Source: Acidobacteriota bacterium
GTDB lineage: Bacteria > Acidobacteriota > Terriglobia > Terriglobales > SCQP01
Direction: 5' to 3'
NCBI GenBank assembly: GCA_027451805.1
Contig: DAIDIF010000263.1
Location: forward strand, 1-62,804
Length of the DNA: 62,804 nucleotides
A program made the translations under genes and the position numbers. The notes under the pieces were generated by a model, which ran no database searches, was not told the origin of the DNA, and saw nothing but the letters and a program-made list of their open reading frames with translations. Of the stretch, positions 1 to 11,135 are shown piece after piece; the stretch's first letter is position 1; the number at the start of each line of letters is the position of its first letter.

Positions 1-1
1 C

Positions 2-667
2 GTGGCGTTGGCCGGCTCCAGCGCCGCCTGGTTCTGGGTGGTGTGGACGGCGGCCCTGCTGTCCATGTGCATCGGCAACCTGGGCGCGCTGCGCCAGCGC
101 AACCTGAAGCGCATGCTGGCCTACAGCTCCATCGCGCAGGCGGGCTACATCCTGGTCGCCTTCGCCGCGTTGGGAACCTCGGCGGTGTCGGCGGTGCTCT
201 TCTATCTGGCCGCTTATGTGGCCATGAACCTGGGAGCGTTCGCGGTCATCAGCCACTGGGCCAACACCGGCGAGCGTTACGTCCATCTGGACGATTACGC
301 CGGGCTTGGGTTCCGCTTTCCCGGGATGGCGTTTTGCTTGTCGCTGTTCCTGTTTTCGCTGATCGGCGTCCCGTTGACCGGCGGCTTCTTCGGCAAGCTC
401 TACGTCTTCCAGTCCGCCCTGCACGCCCACCTGGTGGGGCTGACCATCGTGGCGCTGCTCAACAGCGCCCTGGCGGCGTTTTACTACCTGCGCGTGATCG
501 TGTATCTCTACATGCGCCCGCAGGGCGAGCCCATCGCCAGCGCCCGCTTGACCGCGCCCGTGTGGCTGGCGCTGGCCAGCTGCGTCGCGGTCACGCTCTG
601 GCTCGGCATCCTGCCCAGCCAGGCGCTCCGCTATGCGGCCGAGGGCGCGCGCCAGCTGCTGCGCTGA
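2..667 (+). CDS. nuoN: NADH-quinone oxidoreductase subunit N, 5'-truncated by the window edge
   Basis: Very hydrophobic multi-TM ORF with NuoN/ND2 motifs KRMLAYSSIAQAGY, SLIGVPLTGGFFGK and YYLRVI. The frame runs in from the window start. Confidence 0.9.
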   Translation: MALAGSSAAWFWVVWTAALLSMCIGNLGALRQRNLKRMLAYSSIAQAGYILVAFAALGTSAVSAVLFYLAAYVAMNLGAFAVISHWANTGERYVHLDDYAGLGFRFPGMAFCLSLFLFSLIGVPLTGGFFGKLYVFQSALHAHLVGLTIVALLNSALAAFYYLRVIVYLYMRPQGEPIASARLTAPVWLALASCVAVTLWLGILPSQALRYAAEGARQLLR

Positions 668-698
668 CCCGGCCTGGGTGGTTTTCCCGATTTCCTGC

Positions 699-728
699 TT
701 GACCGGCGGGAGCGCGCCAGCCTAGATT
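699..728 (+). promoter_or_regulatory. Putative sigma70 promoter for the first VPS10/BNR gene
   Basis: TTGACC (699-704), 18-nt spacer, TAGATT (723-728), about 20 nt before ATG 749. Confidence 0.45.
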
Positions 729-748
729 GGGTGGCTGGGGGTGTTGAA

Positions 749-3700
749 ATGGTCCTTCGGTCCAGGTTGGCGGTTCTTGCCGCGGTGGCCTCGTTTGGCT
801 TGGCGGGCGCGCTTACGGCGCAGGTTCCCGCATCCTTGTTGAGCAAGCTGCAGTGGCGCAGCCTCGGACCCACCATCGGCGGGCGCGTGGTCGCCGTCGC
901 CGGCGTGCCGGATAATCCCCGGCTCTACTACATGGGCGCCGTCGGCGGCGGCATCTGGAAGTCCACCGACGCCGGCACGCAGTGGGTCAACCTCTCCGAC
1001 GGCAAGCTCCCCAGCGCCAGCCCCAGCATCGGCGCCATCGCGGTCGCCACCTCCAACCCGGACATCATCTACGCCGGCACTGGCGAGAGCGATATCCGCA
1101 CCGACATGATCCCCGGCGACGGCATGTACAAATCCAGCGACGGCGGCAAGACCTGGACCTTCGCCGGGTTGCGCGACACCCACTCCATTAGCGCCATCGT
1201 CGTGGACCCCAAGAATCCCGACATCGTCTACGCCTCGTCCATGGGCCATGTCTTCGTCCCCGATCCCACCCGCGGCGTCTACAAGACCACCGACGGCGGC
1301 AAGACCTGGACCAAGGTCCTCTTCGTGGACGACAAGACCGGCGCCATCGACGTCGTCATGGATCCCGGCCATCCCGACGTGCTCTACGCCGCCATGTGGC
1401 AGGCGCAGCGCACGCCGTATTCGCTGATCAGCGGCGGCCCCGGCAGCGGCCTTTACAAGACCACCGACGGCGGCGCCCACTGGACCAACCTCACCCACAA
1501 CGCCGGGCTGCCGGCCGGCATCACCGGCCGCATCGGCGTCAGCTTGTGCGCCGCCCAGCCGCAGGTCGTCTACGCCATCATGCAGGCCGCGCACGGCGGC
1601 GTCTTCCGCTCCAACAACGGCGGCAAGACCTGGACCCGGACCTACAAGGGCTGGCCGCTGCGCCAGCGCGCCTTCTACTACACCGCGATCTACGCCGACC
1701 CGCAAAATCCGAACGTCGTTTACGCGCCCAACGTCGATGCGCTCTGGGTCTCGCGCGATGGCGGCAAGACCTTCACCCAACTGCGCCCGCCGCACGGCGA
1801 CAACCACATCGTCTGGATCAATCCGCTGCACACGGAAGACCTGCTGGAGGGCAACGATGGCGGAGCCACCGTCTCGCTCGACGGCGGCAAGACCTGGAGC
1901 AGCGAGCACAACCAGCCCACCGGCCAGTTCTACCACGTCAACCTGGACGACCAGTTCCCCTTCCACGTCTACGGCGCGCAGCAGGATGAGGGCTCCTTCG
2001 ACGGGCCCAGCGCCGCGGTGGGCAGCATCGCGGTCGGCGATTGGGCGCGCGTCGCTTACGGCGAAAGCACCTACTCGGTGCCCGAGCCCGGCGATCCCGA
2101 CATCACCTACGGTAGCGGCTACTACAGCATCTTCCTGCGCTATCAGCTCTCCACCGGGCAGTACCAGGAGATCAGCCCGTGGCCGGAGTATCAGGAAGGC
2201 GCGGCGTCGAACGAATTGAAGTACCGCTTCGGGTGGACGCACCCGATCCTGTTCTCGCCGGTCAATCCGCACGAGCTGCTGATCGGCGCCCAGTATGTGC
2301 TCGCCAGCTATGATCAGGGCAAGACCTGGCAGCGCATCAGCCCCGACTTGACCCGCAACGAAGCGCAAACCGAATTGCCCAGCGGCGGTCCGATCATGGT
2401 GGACGCCTCCGGCGCCGAAATCTATCCCGGCATCTCCGCCCTGGCGGTCTCCCCGCTCGACGGCGAGGTCATCTGGGCGGGCTCCGACGACGGCCTGGTG
2501 CACGTCACCGTCAACGGCGGCCAGACCTGGCAAGCGGTACACCCGGCGGGCCTGCCGGCGCATTCCTGGATCAGCTCGATCGAGCCTTCGCACGCGGACC
2601 GCTCGACCGCCTACCTCACCGCCCGCCGCTACATGTGGGACGACTTCCGTCCCTACGTCTATAAGACCACCGACATGGGCCGGAGCTGGCAGTTGATCAC
2701 CGCCGGCATCCCCGCCGACACCTACGTCTTCGACATCCGCCAGGATCCGCAGGATGCGAACCTGTTGCTGCTCGGCGCCAAGAACACCGTCTATGCCACC
2801 TTCGATGCGGGCGCGCATTGGCAGCCGCTGGCGGCCAACCTGCCCACGGCGCAGGTGCGCGACGTGCAATTCAATACGCGCCAGGGTTCCATCGTCATCG
2901 CCACCCACGGCCGCTCCTTCTGGGCGCTCGACGATCTGAGCTTCCTCGAACAACTCACCCATGCGCCCAACGCCTCCGGCGCGTATCTGTTCGCCCCGCA
3001 GCGCGCCTGGCTCAGCCACGTCTACGGCGGCGGCGGCTTCGGCGGCCCGGTTACGGTGGGTCGCGATCCCGCCTTTGGCGCGACCGTTTTCTTCCACGTC
3101 CCCGCCGGCTATGACGGCGGCACTCCGGCGACGCTGACGTTTGAAAACGCGCAGGGCCAGATCATTCGCAGCTTCGCCTTGCACAAGGGCTCCGCGCGCG
3201 CCCCGCGTCGGGGCCGCGGAGCGCCGCCGGCGCCGCCCACGCCGCAGCAACTGGAGGCGCGGCTGACCGCGATCCAGCCCGGCATGAACCGCTTCCAGTG
3301 GGATCTGCGCTACCCCTCGGCCACCGAGGTGACCGGATTCCAACCGCCGGCCGCGGCGGGCGGCTTGGAGGATACGGTCAACGGCCCCACGGTCGTCCCC
3401 GGGGAGTACACCGTGCTGTTCAACTACGGCGGCCAGACCAGCCGGCAGACGTTCCGGGTCTCGCTTGACCCGCGGCTGCATCCCGCGCCGGCCGACTTGG
3501 CCGCGCGCCTCGCGCTGCAGCTCCAGATTCACACCACCCTGGACGCCCTCGACCAGAAGATCAACCAGGCGATCGCGGCGCGCAACCGGCTGGCGTCGTC
3601 GGGCGGCTCGCAATCCGCACTGGCGGCGCTGAACCGCGCCATCGACAGCGTAGTGCAGCTCAAGATCCAATCCAGCGAAGGCAGCCTGGTGTTCGAGACC

Positions 3701-3856
3701 AAGCTGCGCAGCCACCTTGCCTACCTGGCGGCCGATCTCGAACTCAGCTACACCCGGCCGACGCCGGCCGAGTACGCGGTCTACCAGCATCTGGCGGCGA
3801 AGGCCGCGGCGGGCGAGCAGCAGCCTGACGCCGCGCTCGCCGGCGCAACGCAGTAG
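749..3856 (+). CDS. Secreted VPS10/sortilin-like BNR (Asp-box) repeat beta-propeller protein, glycosyl hydrolase-like
   Basis: Signal peptide (MVLRSRLAVLAAVASFGLAGALTAQ), N-terminal WRSLGPTIGGRV and many S/T-x-DGGKTW Asp-box repeats. C-terminal helical region. ATG 749 preferred over GTG 731. Confidence 0.85.
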   Translation: MVLRSRLAVLAAVASFGLAGALTAQVPASLLSKLQWRSLGPTIGGRVVAVAGVPDNPRLYYMGAVGGGIWKSTDAGTQWVNLSDGKLPSASPSIGAIAVATSNPDIIYAGTGESDIRTDMIPGDGMYKSSDGGKTWTFAGLRDTHSISAIVVDPKNPDIVYASSMGHVFVPDPTRGVYKTTDGGKTWTKVLFVDDKTGAIDVVMDPGHPDVLYAAMWQAQRTPYSLISGGPGSGLYKTTDGGAHWTNLTHNAGLPAGITGRIGVSLCAAQPQVVYAIMQAAHGGVFRSNNGGKTWTRTYKGWPLRQRAFYYTAIYADPQNPNVVYAPNVDALWVSRDGGKTFTQLRPPHGDNHIVWINPLHTEDLLEGNDGGATVSLDGGKTWSSEHNQPTGQFYHVNLDDQFPFHVYGAQQDEGSFDGPSAAVGSIAVGDWARVAYGESTYSVPEPGDPDITYGSGYYSIFLRYQLSTGQYQEISPWPEYQEGAASNELKYRFGWTHPILFSPVNPHELLIGAQYVLASYDQGKTWQRISPDLTRNEAQTELPSGGPIMVDASGAEIYPGISALAVSPLDGEVIWAGSDDGLVHVTVNGGQTWQAVHPAGLPAHSWISSIEPSHADRSTAYLTARRYMWDDFRPYVYKTTDMGRSWQLITAGIPADTYVFDIRQDPQDANLLLLGAKNTVYATFDAGAHWQPLAANLPTAQVRDVQFNTRQGSIVIATHGRSFWALDDLSFLEQLTHAPNASGAYLFAPQRAWLSHVYGGGGFGGPVTVGRDPAFGATVFFHVPAGYDGGTPATLTFENAQGQIIRSFALHKGSARAPRRGRGAPPAPPTPQQLEARLTAIQPGMNRFQWDLRYPSATEVTGFQPPAAAGGLEDTVNGPTVVPGEYTVLFNYGGQTSRQTFRVSLDPRLHPAPADLAARLALQLQIHTTLDALDQKINQAIAARNRLASSGGSQSALAALNRAIDSVVQLKIQSSEGSLVFETKLRSHLAYLAADLELSYTRPTPAEYAVYQHLAAKAAAGEQQPDAALAGATQ

Positions 3857-3867
3857 GGTTCCACCGA

Positions 3868-3908
3868 CGCCGCCGCGGACTGCGTGTTTCACGCCATCCG
3901 CGGCGGCG
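3868..3908. repeat. GC-rich inverted repeat between the VPS10 gene and miaB
   Basis: cgccgccgcgga (3868-3879) pairs with tccgcggcggcg (3897-3908), with an inner gcgtg/cacgc stem. No U-tract. Confidence 0.6.
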
Positions 3909-3942
3909 CGGCCTGCGATCCCCCGCTGTTATACTGGGCGCA

Positions 3943-5301
3943 GTGCCCGCCAAGACGTTTTACCTCGAGACTTTCGGCTGCCAGATGAACGTCCACGACT
4001 CCGAACGCGTGGCCGGCACGCTCGAGGCGCGGGGCTACGCCGCGGTGGCCAGCATGCAGGAAGCCGAGCTGATTCTATTCAACACCTGCAGCATTCGCGA
4101 CAAAGCGGCGCAGAAGGTGTTCGACCGCCTGGCCAACGCCAGGCCGCTCGCCCGGCAGGGCAAGAAGTTCGGCGTGCTGGGCTGCGTGGCGCAGCAGGAG
4201 GGCGAGGCCATCTATAAGCGCGCGCCGCACGTGAGCCTGGTGGCGGGCTCCGCCAGCTATGCGAAACTGCCCGAACTGCTGCAGCAGTTGGAAGCCGGGG
4301 CGGAGCGGGTCAGCGGCCTGGGCGAGGCCGACGCGGCGTTCGAAACCGAATTGACGCGGCGCGGCAACCCCTTTCGCGCCTACCTCACCATCATCGAAGG
4401 GTGCGACAAGCACTGCGCCTATTGCGTGGTGCCCTATACGCGCGGGCAGGAGCGCAGCCGCGCCAGCGGCGCCATCCTGCGCGAGGCGTCGGCGCTCGCC
4501 GGCCTGGGCTACACCGAAGTGCAACTGCTGGGGCAGAACGTCAACTCCTACCGCGATCCTTCGCCCGCCAAGCTCAACTTTGCCGAACTCCTGGCCGCCG
4601 TGGGCGAAGTGCCGGGACTGCGCCGGGTGCGCTACACCACCTCGCACCCGCGCGACTTCACGCCGGAGATCGTCGCCGCCATGGGCCGCAACCCGGTGCT
4701 GTGCGACCACGTCCATCTGCCGGTGCAGTCGGGCTCGGATGCGGTGCTGGCGCGCATGCGCCGCGGGTACACGCGCGCCCGGTACCTGGAGCTGATCGCC
4801 GCCATCCGCGCCTGCCCGCGGCCGCTGGCGGTGACCACCGACCTCATCGTCGGTTTTCCCGGCGAGACCGATCCTGACTTCGAGCAGACCGCGGAGCTGC
4901 TGGGCGAGGTGCGCTACGCCGGCGCGTTCATCTTCAAATACTCCCCGCGGCCGCACACGGAGGCGCAGGCGTGGCCGGACGACATTCCGGATGAGCGCAA
5001 GACCGAGCGCCTGATGATCCTGCAGCAGCGGCAGCAGCAGATCCAGTTGGAAGACAACCAGGCCTGGGTGGGGCGCGAGGTCGAAGCCATGGTCGAAGGA
5101 CGGCACCCGAAGCTTGACCAATGGTCCGGCCGCACCAGCTCGAACCGCGTGGTGAACTTTTCGGCACCCGCCCCGCTGCCGCCGCTGGCCATCCTGGGCC
5201 AGGCCGCGCCGGCGGCGGTCGGCCTCACGCCCGGCGCCTACGCGCGCGTGCTCGTGGAGCGGGCGGGAGCGAACAGCCTGGTGGGCCGGTTGACGGCCTG
5301 A
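3943..5301 (+). CDS. miaB: tRNA-2-methylthio-N6-dimethylallyladenosine synthase
   Basis: UPF0004 N-domain (TFGCQMNVHDSE, NTCSIR, GCVAQ), radical-SAM CDKHCAYC, HLPVQSGSD, DLIVGFPGET and a C-terminal TRAM-like region. Confidence 0.95.
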   Translation: MPAKTFYLETFGCQMNVHDSERVAGTLEARGYAAVASMQEAELILFNTCSIRDKAAQKVFDRLANARPLARQGKKFGVLGCVAQQEGEAIYKRAPHVSLVAGSASYAKLPELLQQLEAGAERVSGLGEADAAFETELTRRGNPFRAYLTIIEGCDKHCAYCVVPYTRGQERSRASGAILREASALAGLGYTEVQLLGQNVNSYRDPSPAKLNFAELLAAVGEVPGLRRVRYTTSHPRDFTPEIVAAMGRNPVLCDHVHLPVQSGSDAVLARMRRGYTRARYLELIAAIRACPRPLAVTTDLIVGFPGETDPDFEQTAELLGEVRYAGAFIFKYSPRPHTEAQAWPDDIPDERKTERLMILQQRQQQIQLEDNQAWVGREVEAMVEGRHPKLDQWSGRTSSNRVVNFSAPAPLPPLAILGQAAPAAVGLTPGAYARVLVERAGANSLVGRLTA

Positions 5302-5312
5302 GGAGATTCCCC

Positions 5313-5798
5313 ATGGAAGTCGAAATGAAGATTCGCGGTTTGATGATGGACGCGTCCACCAACACGCCCATCGTCATCCTCAAAGACCTGGAGGGCAATG
5401 CCGTGCTGCCCATCTGGGTCGGCATTTACGAAGCCAACGCCATCGCGCTCGAGATCGAAAAGGTCGCCACGCCCCGGCCCATGACCCACGATCTGATCAA
5501 GCAGGTGCTGGTGGGCTTCAACGCGGTGCTGGAGAAGGTGGTGGTGAACGAGCTGCGCGACGACACCTTCTACGCCGTGCTCTGGCTCGACCGCGAGGGC
5601 GAAACCATCATGCTCGACGCCCGGCCGAGCGACGCGCTGGCGCTGGCGCTGCGCCTGGACTGCCCCATCTACGTCGAGGACGAAGTGCTGAAGAGCTCGC
5701 GCATCGCCGCCGCGGCGGCCGATCCCAGCTCCAGCGAGGAGCTGCGGCGCTGGCTGGAAGGCTTGGGCGAAGAGGACACCGGCCACTACAAGATGTAA
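5313..5798 (+). CDS. Bifunctional nuclease (DUF151/BFN) family protein
   Basis: LPIWVGIYEANAI, RPMTHDL, DTFYA and DARPSDALALA motifs. SD aggag precedes ATG 5313. Confidence 0.9.
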   Translation: MEVEMKIRGLMMDASTNTPIVILKDLEGNAVLPIWVGIYEANAIALEIEKVATPRPMTHDLIKQVLVGFNAVLEKVVVNELRDDTFYAVLWLDREGETIMLDARPSDALALALRLDCPIYVEDEVLKSSRIAAAAADPSSSEELRRWLEGLGEEDTGHYKM

Positions 5799-5805
5799 GC
5801 CTGGC

Positions 5806-6207
5806 TCAGCGGCACGGGCGCGGCCAGCGCGCCGCAATCGTCGAGGTGATGCCGCCACGGGGAGTGAACTTGCCCTCCACCCGCGCCCAGACCGGGCGCG
5901 CCGCCTTCACGACGTCGTCCAAGATCCGGTTCACGGCGTTCTCGTAGAAGATCCCCAGATTGCGGTACGCCAGCAGGTACTCCTTCAGCGACTTCAGCTC
6001 CAGGCAGCGCCCGCGCGGCATGTAGGTCAGGGTCAGCACGGCGAAGTCGGGCAGGCCGGTCTTGGGGCAGACCGAGGTGTACTCCGGCACCGTAATGGCA
6101 ATCTCGTAGCCGGGAAACTGATTCGGCCAGGTCTCGATCTCAGGCAGCGGGGCGCGGAGGCCCGCCACCGCGTGGGTGTCGGTGTAGCGCTTGGGAGTTG
6201 CGGGCAT
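5806..6207 (-). CDS. queF: preQ1 synthase (7-cyano-7-deazaguanine reductase), short type
   Basis: EYTSVCPKTGLPDF, ELKSLKEYL, GIFYENAVN and PRGGI motifs. ATG 6207 preferred. Confidence 0.92.
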   Translation of the reverse strand: MPATPKRYTDTHAVAGLRAPLPEIETWPNQFPGYEIAITVPEYTSVCPKTGLPDFAVLTLTYMPRGRCLELKSLKEYLLAYRNLGIFYENAVNRILDDVVKAARPVWARVEGKFTPRGGITSTIAARWPRPCR

Positions 6208-7063
6208 GGCCCAGGATAACAGGCGAGGGCGGCGCCAGTCCGCGCTCCCGCAGCCAGGCATGATGGATCTCAGCCCCGAACAGCACCGCCAACGCCAGCA
6301 GGTAGAACCAGAGCATGAGCGCGATCACCGCGCCCAGCGAGCCGTAAATGGCGGAATTGCGGGAAAAGTTGTCGACGTAGGCGGCGAGCAGGGCGGAGGC
6401 GATCACCCAGATCGCCATGGCGAAGCCCACCGCGATCCCGCGGCCGCGGGCGTGGCGGACGGCGAAGTTGGGGGCGAAGCGGTAGAGCATCGTCACCGCG
6501 ACCGCCATCAGCGCCAGCGTCGCCGCCCAACGCAACAGCGGAAACGCCAGCGTCAGCGCGAAGCCGGCGTGCAAAGGGCCGGCGACGACCACCAGCAGCC
6601 GGCGCCCCAGCACCAGCGCGGCCAACGCCAGCGCCACGAAGACGCCCGCGCTGATCGTGAGTGCGAACGCCGTGGTCAGGCGCCGCGGGTAGGTCCGGGT
6701 TTCCGCCACCTCGTAGGCGGCGTCGAGCGCCGTCATCAGGCCTGCGAACCCCTGCGAGGCGGCATACAACAGCAGGATGAGGTCAAAGCTGATCAGCCCG
6801 GGAACGTGATGCTGCAACAGGCCGCGCAACTGCGCCGCGACCAGCCCGGCGGCCGCGCGCGGCAGTTCCGCCGTCAGCGCCGCCACCAAGTTGGCGACCA
6901 GGCCCTGCATCCGGAACACGGAGAGTAGCGCCGCCAGCAGCAGCATGGCGGGAAACAGGCTGAACAGAAAATAGAAGGACAGCGCGGCGGCCCAATCCAG
7001 CAGGTCGTCACGCGCCGCCGCCGCAACGGCGGCGCGGAACCAGCGCAGCCAGCCCATACCCAT
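6140..7063 (-). CDS. YihY/virulence factor BrkB family membrane protein
   Basis: AAALSFYFLFSLFP, AY.V.E.R and YGSLGAVIALMLWFY...LFGAE motifs. Its 3' end overlaps the queF start. Confidence 0.85.
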   Translation of the reverse strand: MGMGWLRWFRAAVAAAARDDLLDWAAALSFYFLFSLFPAMLLLAALLSVFRMQGLVANLVAALTAELPRAAAGLVAAQLRGLLQHHVPGLISFDLILLLYAASQGFAGLMTALDAAYEVAETRTYPRRLTTAFALTISAGVFVALALAALVLGRRLLVVVAGPLHAGFALTLAFPLLRWAATLALMAVAVTMLYRFAPNFAVRHARGRGIAVGFAMAIWVIASALLAAYVDNFSRNSAIYGSLGAVIALMLWFYLLALAVLFGAEIHHAWLRERGLAPPSPVILGHARNSQALHRHPRGGGPPRPAA

Positions 7064-7084
7064 GGGATGCGGCCGGCGCCGGCG

Positions 7085-8617
7085 TCAGTGCGTGACCGGG
7101 AGGTATTTCGGCCAAGACGCCTGCGCGTCACCCAGGGCGCGGGCGAGGGTCAGCTTGGCAACGTTGTCCGCGTAGACGCTATTGATCCAGTCCTGCTCGG
7201 CGGTGGCCACCGCCTGCTGCGCTTGGATCAGCTCGACGGTATTGATTACGCCCGCCTGGAGACGGTCGCGGGTCATCTGCAGCGCCTCCCGCGCTACCGT
7301 CAAATTGGCGCGGGCGACGCTGACTTCGCTGGCGGCGGCGCTCAGGTCGAGGAAGGCTTCGCGGACCTCGGCTTCGATCTGCGCCCGCAGGTCCTGGAGT
7401 TCCGCCTGACGCTGGTTGAGGGCGGCATGCGCCTGCTTGACGTCGCCGGCGACCCGTCCGCCCTGCCAGAGTGGAATGCTGACCGTGCCGATCACCGTGA
7501 ACACGCCGTGCGAGGACGACCAGGGCGCGGCGCCGATCACGCCGTAGGTGCCGCTGACGCTGGCCGAAGGCAGCCGTTCGTCCTGGGCGGCGGCGAGGGC
7601 GGACCGGGCGGCCTCGGCCTGGGCGGCGGCGGCCTGCAAATCGGCGCGCCGCTCCAGCGCCTGCGCCAGCGCCGCCTGCAGGGTGAGCGCGGGCGGCGGC
7701 GCGTAGGGAACGGCGTCACTGAGCGAATAATGCGAGTTGGGCGGCAGGCCGATCATGCGCGCCAGGTTGATCTTCCGCTTGGCCAGGTCGTTGCGCAGCG
7801 TGGTCAACTGCAACTGCTGGATCGCCGCCTGCACCTGGTTCTGGTCCACGGTCAGCGCGGGGACGGTGCCGACGCTCTGCTTTTGCTGCGATTGCAGCAG
7901 GATGGCGTTGGCGGTGTCCAACTGCGCACGAGCCGCCTGCAGCCGGGCCTGGGCGGCGATGACCCCCAGGTAGGCGCCGCCCACGCCCAGCACCACCAGG
8001 TCGCGCGCGTCGCTCAGCTCCATGCGCTGGGCGCGCAGCGAATCCTGGCTGGCGCGGTAGTTGTTGAGCGCGGTGAAGTTGAGCAGCGACTGCGCCAGCG
8101 TGGCCTGCAATTGGGTGTAGTTGAAGGGGCCGACGACGCTGGGGAAGCTGAAGCCGGCGAGAGCGCCGGTGAGGGGCGCGCTGAAGCGGATGCCCTGGGC
8201 CTTGAGATCGAGCTGCTGCTCGGTGTCGCTGAAACTGCCGTTGACATCGGGCAGCAGCGCGGAGCGGGCGACCTGCGCCTGCCCCTGCGCCTGCAGCACG
8301 GTGTTGCTCCACTGGCCCGCGCCCAGGTTGTAGGCCAGGCCGCGGGCCATGGCATCGGCCAGCGACAGCCGGCCGGAAAAGGGCTTTGCCCCCGGCGTGC
8401 TGCCGGCGAACTCGCCCGAAGCCGCAACGCTCGGAATCAGCGTGTTGATGCCAGCCGCGGTGTTGGCGGCTTGCGCCGCGGTCACCGAACCGGCTTGCGG
8501 CGAGCGGCCGGAGAGCGGCAGGTGCGCCGCCTGCGCCGGCGCGGTCGCCTGCTGCTGCGCCGGCGCGAGCGCCGGAGCCAGGCACGCGAACGCGAGCAGG
8601 GGAGCCAGATGGCGCAT
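7085..8617 (-). CDS. TolC family outer membrane efflux protein
   Basis: Signal peptide and two OEP-like helical repeats (ARSALLPDV, ERLPSAS, VSIPLWQGG, G.INTVELIQAQ). Start overlaps the ndk stop (TGATG). Confidence 0.85.
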   Translation of the reverse strand: MRHLAPLLAFACLAPALAPAQQQATAPAQAAHLPLSGRSPQAGSVTAAQAANTAAGINTLIPSVAASGEFAGSTPGAKPFSGRLSLADAMARGLAYNLGAGQWSNTVLQAQGQAQVARSALLPDVNGSFSDTEQQLDLKAQGIRFSAPLTGALAGFSFPSVVGPFNYTQLQATLAQSLLNFTALNNYRASQDSLRAQRMELSDARDLVVLGVGGAYLGVIAAQARLQAARAQLDTANAILLQSQQKQSVGTVPALTVDQNQVQAAIQQLQLTTLRNDLAKRKINLARMIGLPPNSHYSLSDAVPYAPPPALTLQAALAQALERRADLQAAAAQAEAARSALAAAQDERLPSASVSGTYGVIGAAPWSSSHGVFTVIGTVSIPLWQGGRVAGDVKQAHAALNQRQAELQDLRAQIEAEVREAFLDLSAAASEVSVARANLTVAREALQMTRDRLQAGVINTVELIQAQQAVATAEQDWINSVYADNVAKLTLARALGDAQASWPKYLPVTH

Positions 8618-9030
8618 CAGAGCAGGTCGGCTTGAGCGAAGAAGAAGGCGATCTCCTGGCGCGCCGTCTCCGGCGCGTCCGAACCGTGGATCACATTGCG
8701 TTCGATCGAGGCGGCGTACTGCTTGCGCACGGTGCCGGCCTCGGCCTTGGCGGGATCGGTGGCGCCCATCAGGCGGCGCAACTCGACCACCGCCTGCTCG
8801 CGCTCCAGCGCGACCGCCACCACCGGCCCTTCGGTCATGAAGCGAATCAGATCGGGGAAAAAGCCGCGTTCGCGATGCACCGCGTAGAAGCCTTCGGCCT
8901 GCGCCCGGGTGAGATGCAGACGACGCAGAGCGAGAATGCGGAAGCCGGCCTGTTCGAGCCGGGCCAGGATGGCGCCAGTGAGCGAAGCCGCGACACCGTC
9001 GGGTTTGATGATGGTTAGGGTGCGTTCCAT
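8617..9030 (-). CDS. ndk: Nucleoside diphosphate kinase
   Basis: ERTLTIIKPDG, FYAVH, GPVVA, GAT.P..A..GT.R and catalytic NVIHGSD. Confidence 0.97.
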   Translation of the reverse strand: MERTLTIIKPDGVAASLTGAILARLEQAGFRILALRRLHLTRAQAEGFYAVHRERGFFPDLIRFMTEGPVVAVALEREQAVVELRRLMGATDPAKAEAGTVRKQYAASIERNVIHGSDAPETARQEIAFFFAQADLL

Positions 9031-9040
9031 AATCTAGCGT

Positions 9041-9928
<888 letters not shown>

Positions 9929-9937
9929 GGGCGAAAC

Positions 9938-11095
9938 TCAATGGACGGCGGCCACCACTTTTTGGGCGGCGTCGCGCATATCGGCGGCCACGGTGATGGG
10001 CAGACCGGACGCGGCCAGAATGGCGCGCCCCTGCTCGACGTTGGTGCCTTCCATGCGGATGACCAGCGGCAGTTTCAGCTGCACCGCGCGCGCCGCTTCG
10101 ACCACGCCGGTCGCCAGCGTGTCGCAGCGCAGAATGCCGCCGAAGATGTTGATCAGCACCGCCCGGACCGCGGGGTCCTGGAGCAAAATCTCGAAGGCGT
10201 GGCGGATCTGGTCGCTGTTGGCGCCGCCGCCGACGTCGAGGAAGTTGGCGGGCGAGCCGCCGGCGTACTGGATGATGTCCATCGTCGCCATGGCGAGGCC
10301 GGCGCCGTTGACCATGCAGGCGACGCTGCCATCGAGCTTGATGTAGTTGAGGCCGTACTTGCTGGCCTCGACCTCGAGCGGCGCCTCTTCGTTGAGGTCG
10401 CGCAGTTCGCGAAGCTGGGGATGGCGGAACAGCGCATTGTCGTCGAGGTTGATCTTGGCGTCGAGGGCGACCACCTGATGGTCGGCGGTGAGGATGAGGG
10501 GGTTGATCTCCGCCAGGGTACAGTCAAGCGCGACGTAGGCGCGGGCCAGCCCGGTCATGATCTTGACCGCAGCGCTAAGCGCGGCGGCGGGCAGGCCGAG
10601 GCCGAACGCGAGCCCGCGCGCCTGATAGGGCTGCAGGCCGGCGTCGGGGTCGAAGGCGGCCTTGAGGATGGCGTTGGGGTCCTTGGCGGCGACCTCCTCG
10701 ATCTCCATGCCGCCGGCGGCGGAAGCCATGAAGACGGGCTTGCCCGCGGTGCGATCGAGCACGATGCCAAGGTAGAGTTCGCGCGCGATGTTGGCGGTCT
10801 CCTCGACCAGCACCTTGCGCACCAGCCGACCTTCGGGGCCGGTTTGGTGGGTAACCAGGGTCATGCCGAGAATCTGGCGGGCAGCCTTTTCCGCCTCCCC
10901 CGCATCGGCGGCGAGCTTGACGCCCCCGCCCTGACCGCGGCCGCCGGCATGAATTTGCGCCTTCACCACCACGCGCCCGCCGAGATCGCGGGCGGCGGCG
11001 GCGGCGTCGGCCGCCTGGGTGACCACCCGGCCGCGCGGCACCGCAACCCCGAAGCCGCGCAGCAGTTCTTTCGCCTGGTATTCGTGAATCTTCAT
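9938..11095 (-). CDS. sucC: Succinyl-CoA synthetase beta subunit
   Basis: [49 protein letters not shown] and [10 protein letters not shown]. Confidence 0.97.
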   Translation of the reverse strand: MKIHEYQAKELLRGFGVAVPRGRVVTQAADAAAAARDLGGRVVVKAQIHAGGRGQGGGVKLAADAGEAEKAARQILGMTLVTHQTGPEGRLVRKVLVEETANIARELYLGIVLDRTAGKPVFMASAAGGMEIEEVAAKDPNAILKAAFDPDAGLQPYQARGLAFGLGLPAAALSAAVKIMTGLARAYVALDCTLAEINPLILTADHQVVALDAKINLDDNALFRHPQLRELRDLNEEAPLEVEASKYGLNYIKLDGSVACMVNGAGLAMATMDIIQYAGGSPANFLDVGGGANSDQIRHAFEILLQDPAVRAVLINIFGGILRCDTLATGVVEAARAVQLKLPLVIRMEGTNVEQGRAILAASGLPITVAADMRDAAQKVVAAVH

Positions 11096-11135
11096 GATCT
11101 AACCGGAAGATTCAGAATACCAGAGCCGGGCGCAT

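Noticed and set aside
722-3892. 1056-aa antisense ORF, and similar long antisense ORFs at 9068-11161, 11700-14354, 17303-19909, 25415-26926 and 53161-55041
   Set aside because: These are shadow frames opposite well-supported genes, expected in high-GC DNA. They show no recognisable motifs.
6208-6260. preQ1 riboswitch upstream of queF
   Set aside because: The region is yihY coding sequence, and the -10 box lies 5 nt from the start, leaving no leader.
8617-9030. Ndk secreted through the adjacent TolC
   Set aside because: The C-terminus is QADLL, which does not fit the DXXX terminal motif reported for Pseudomonas Ndk, and no type I secretion ATPase or adaptor is present.
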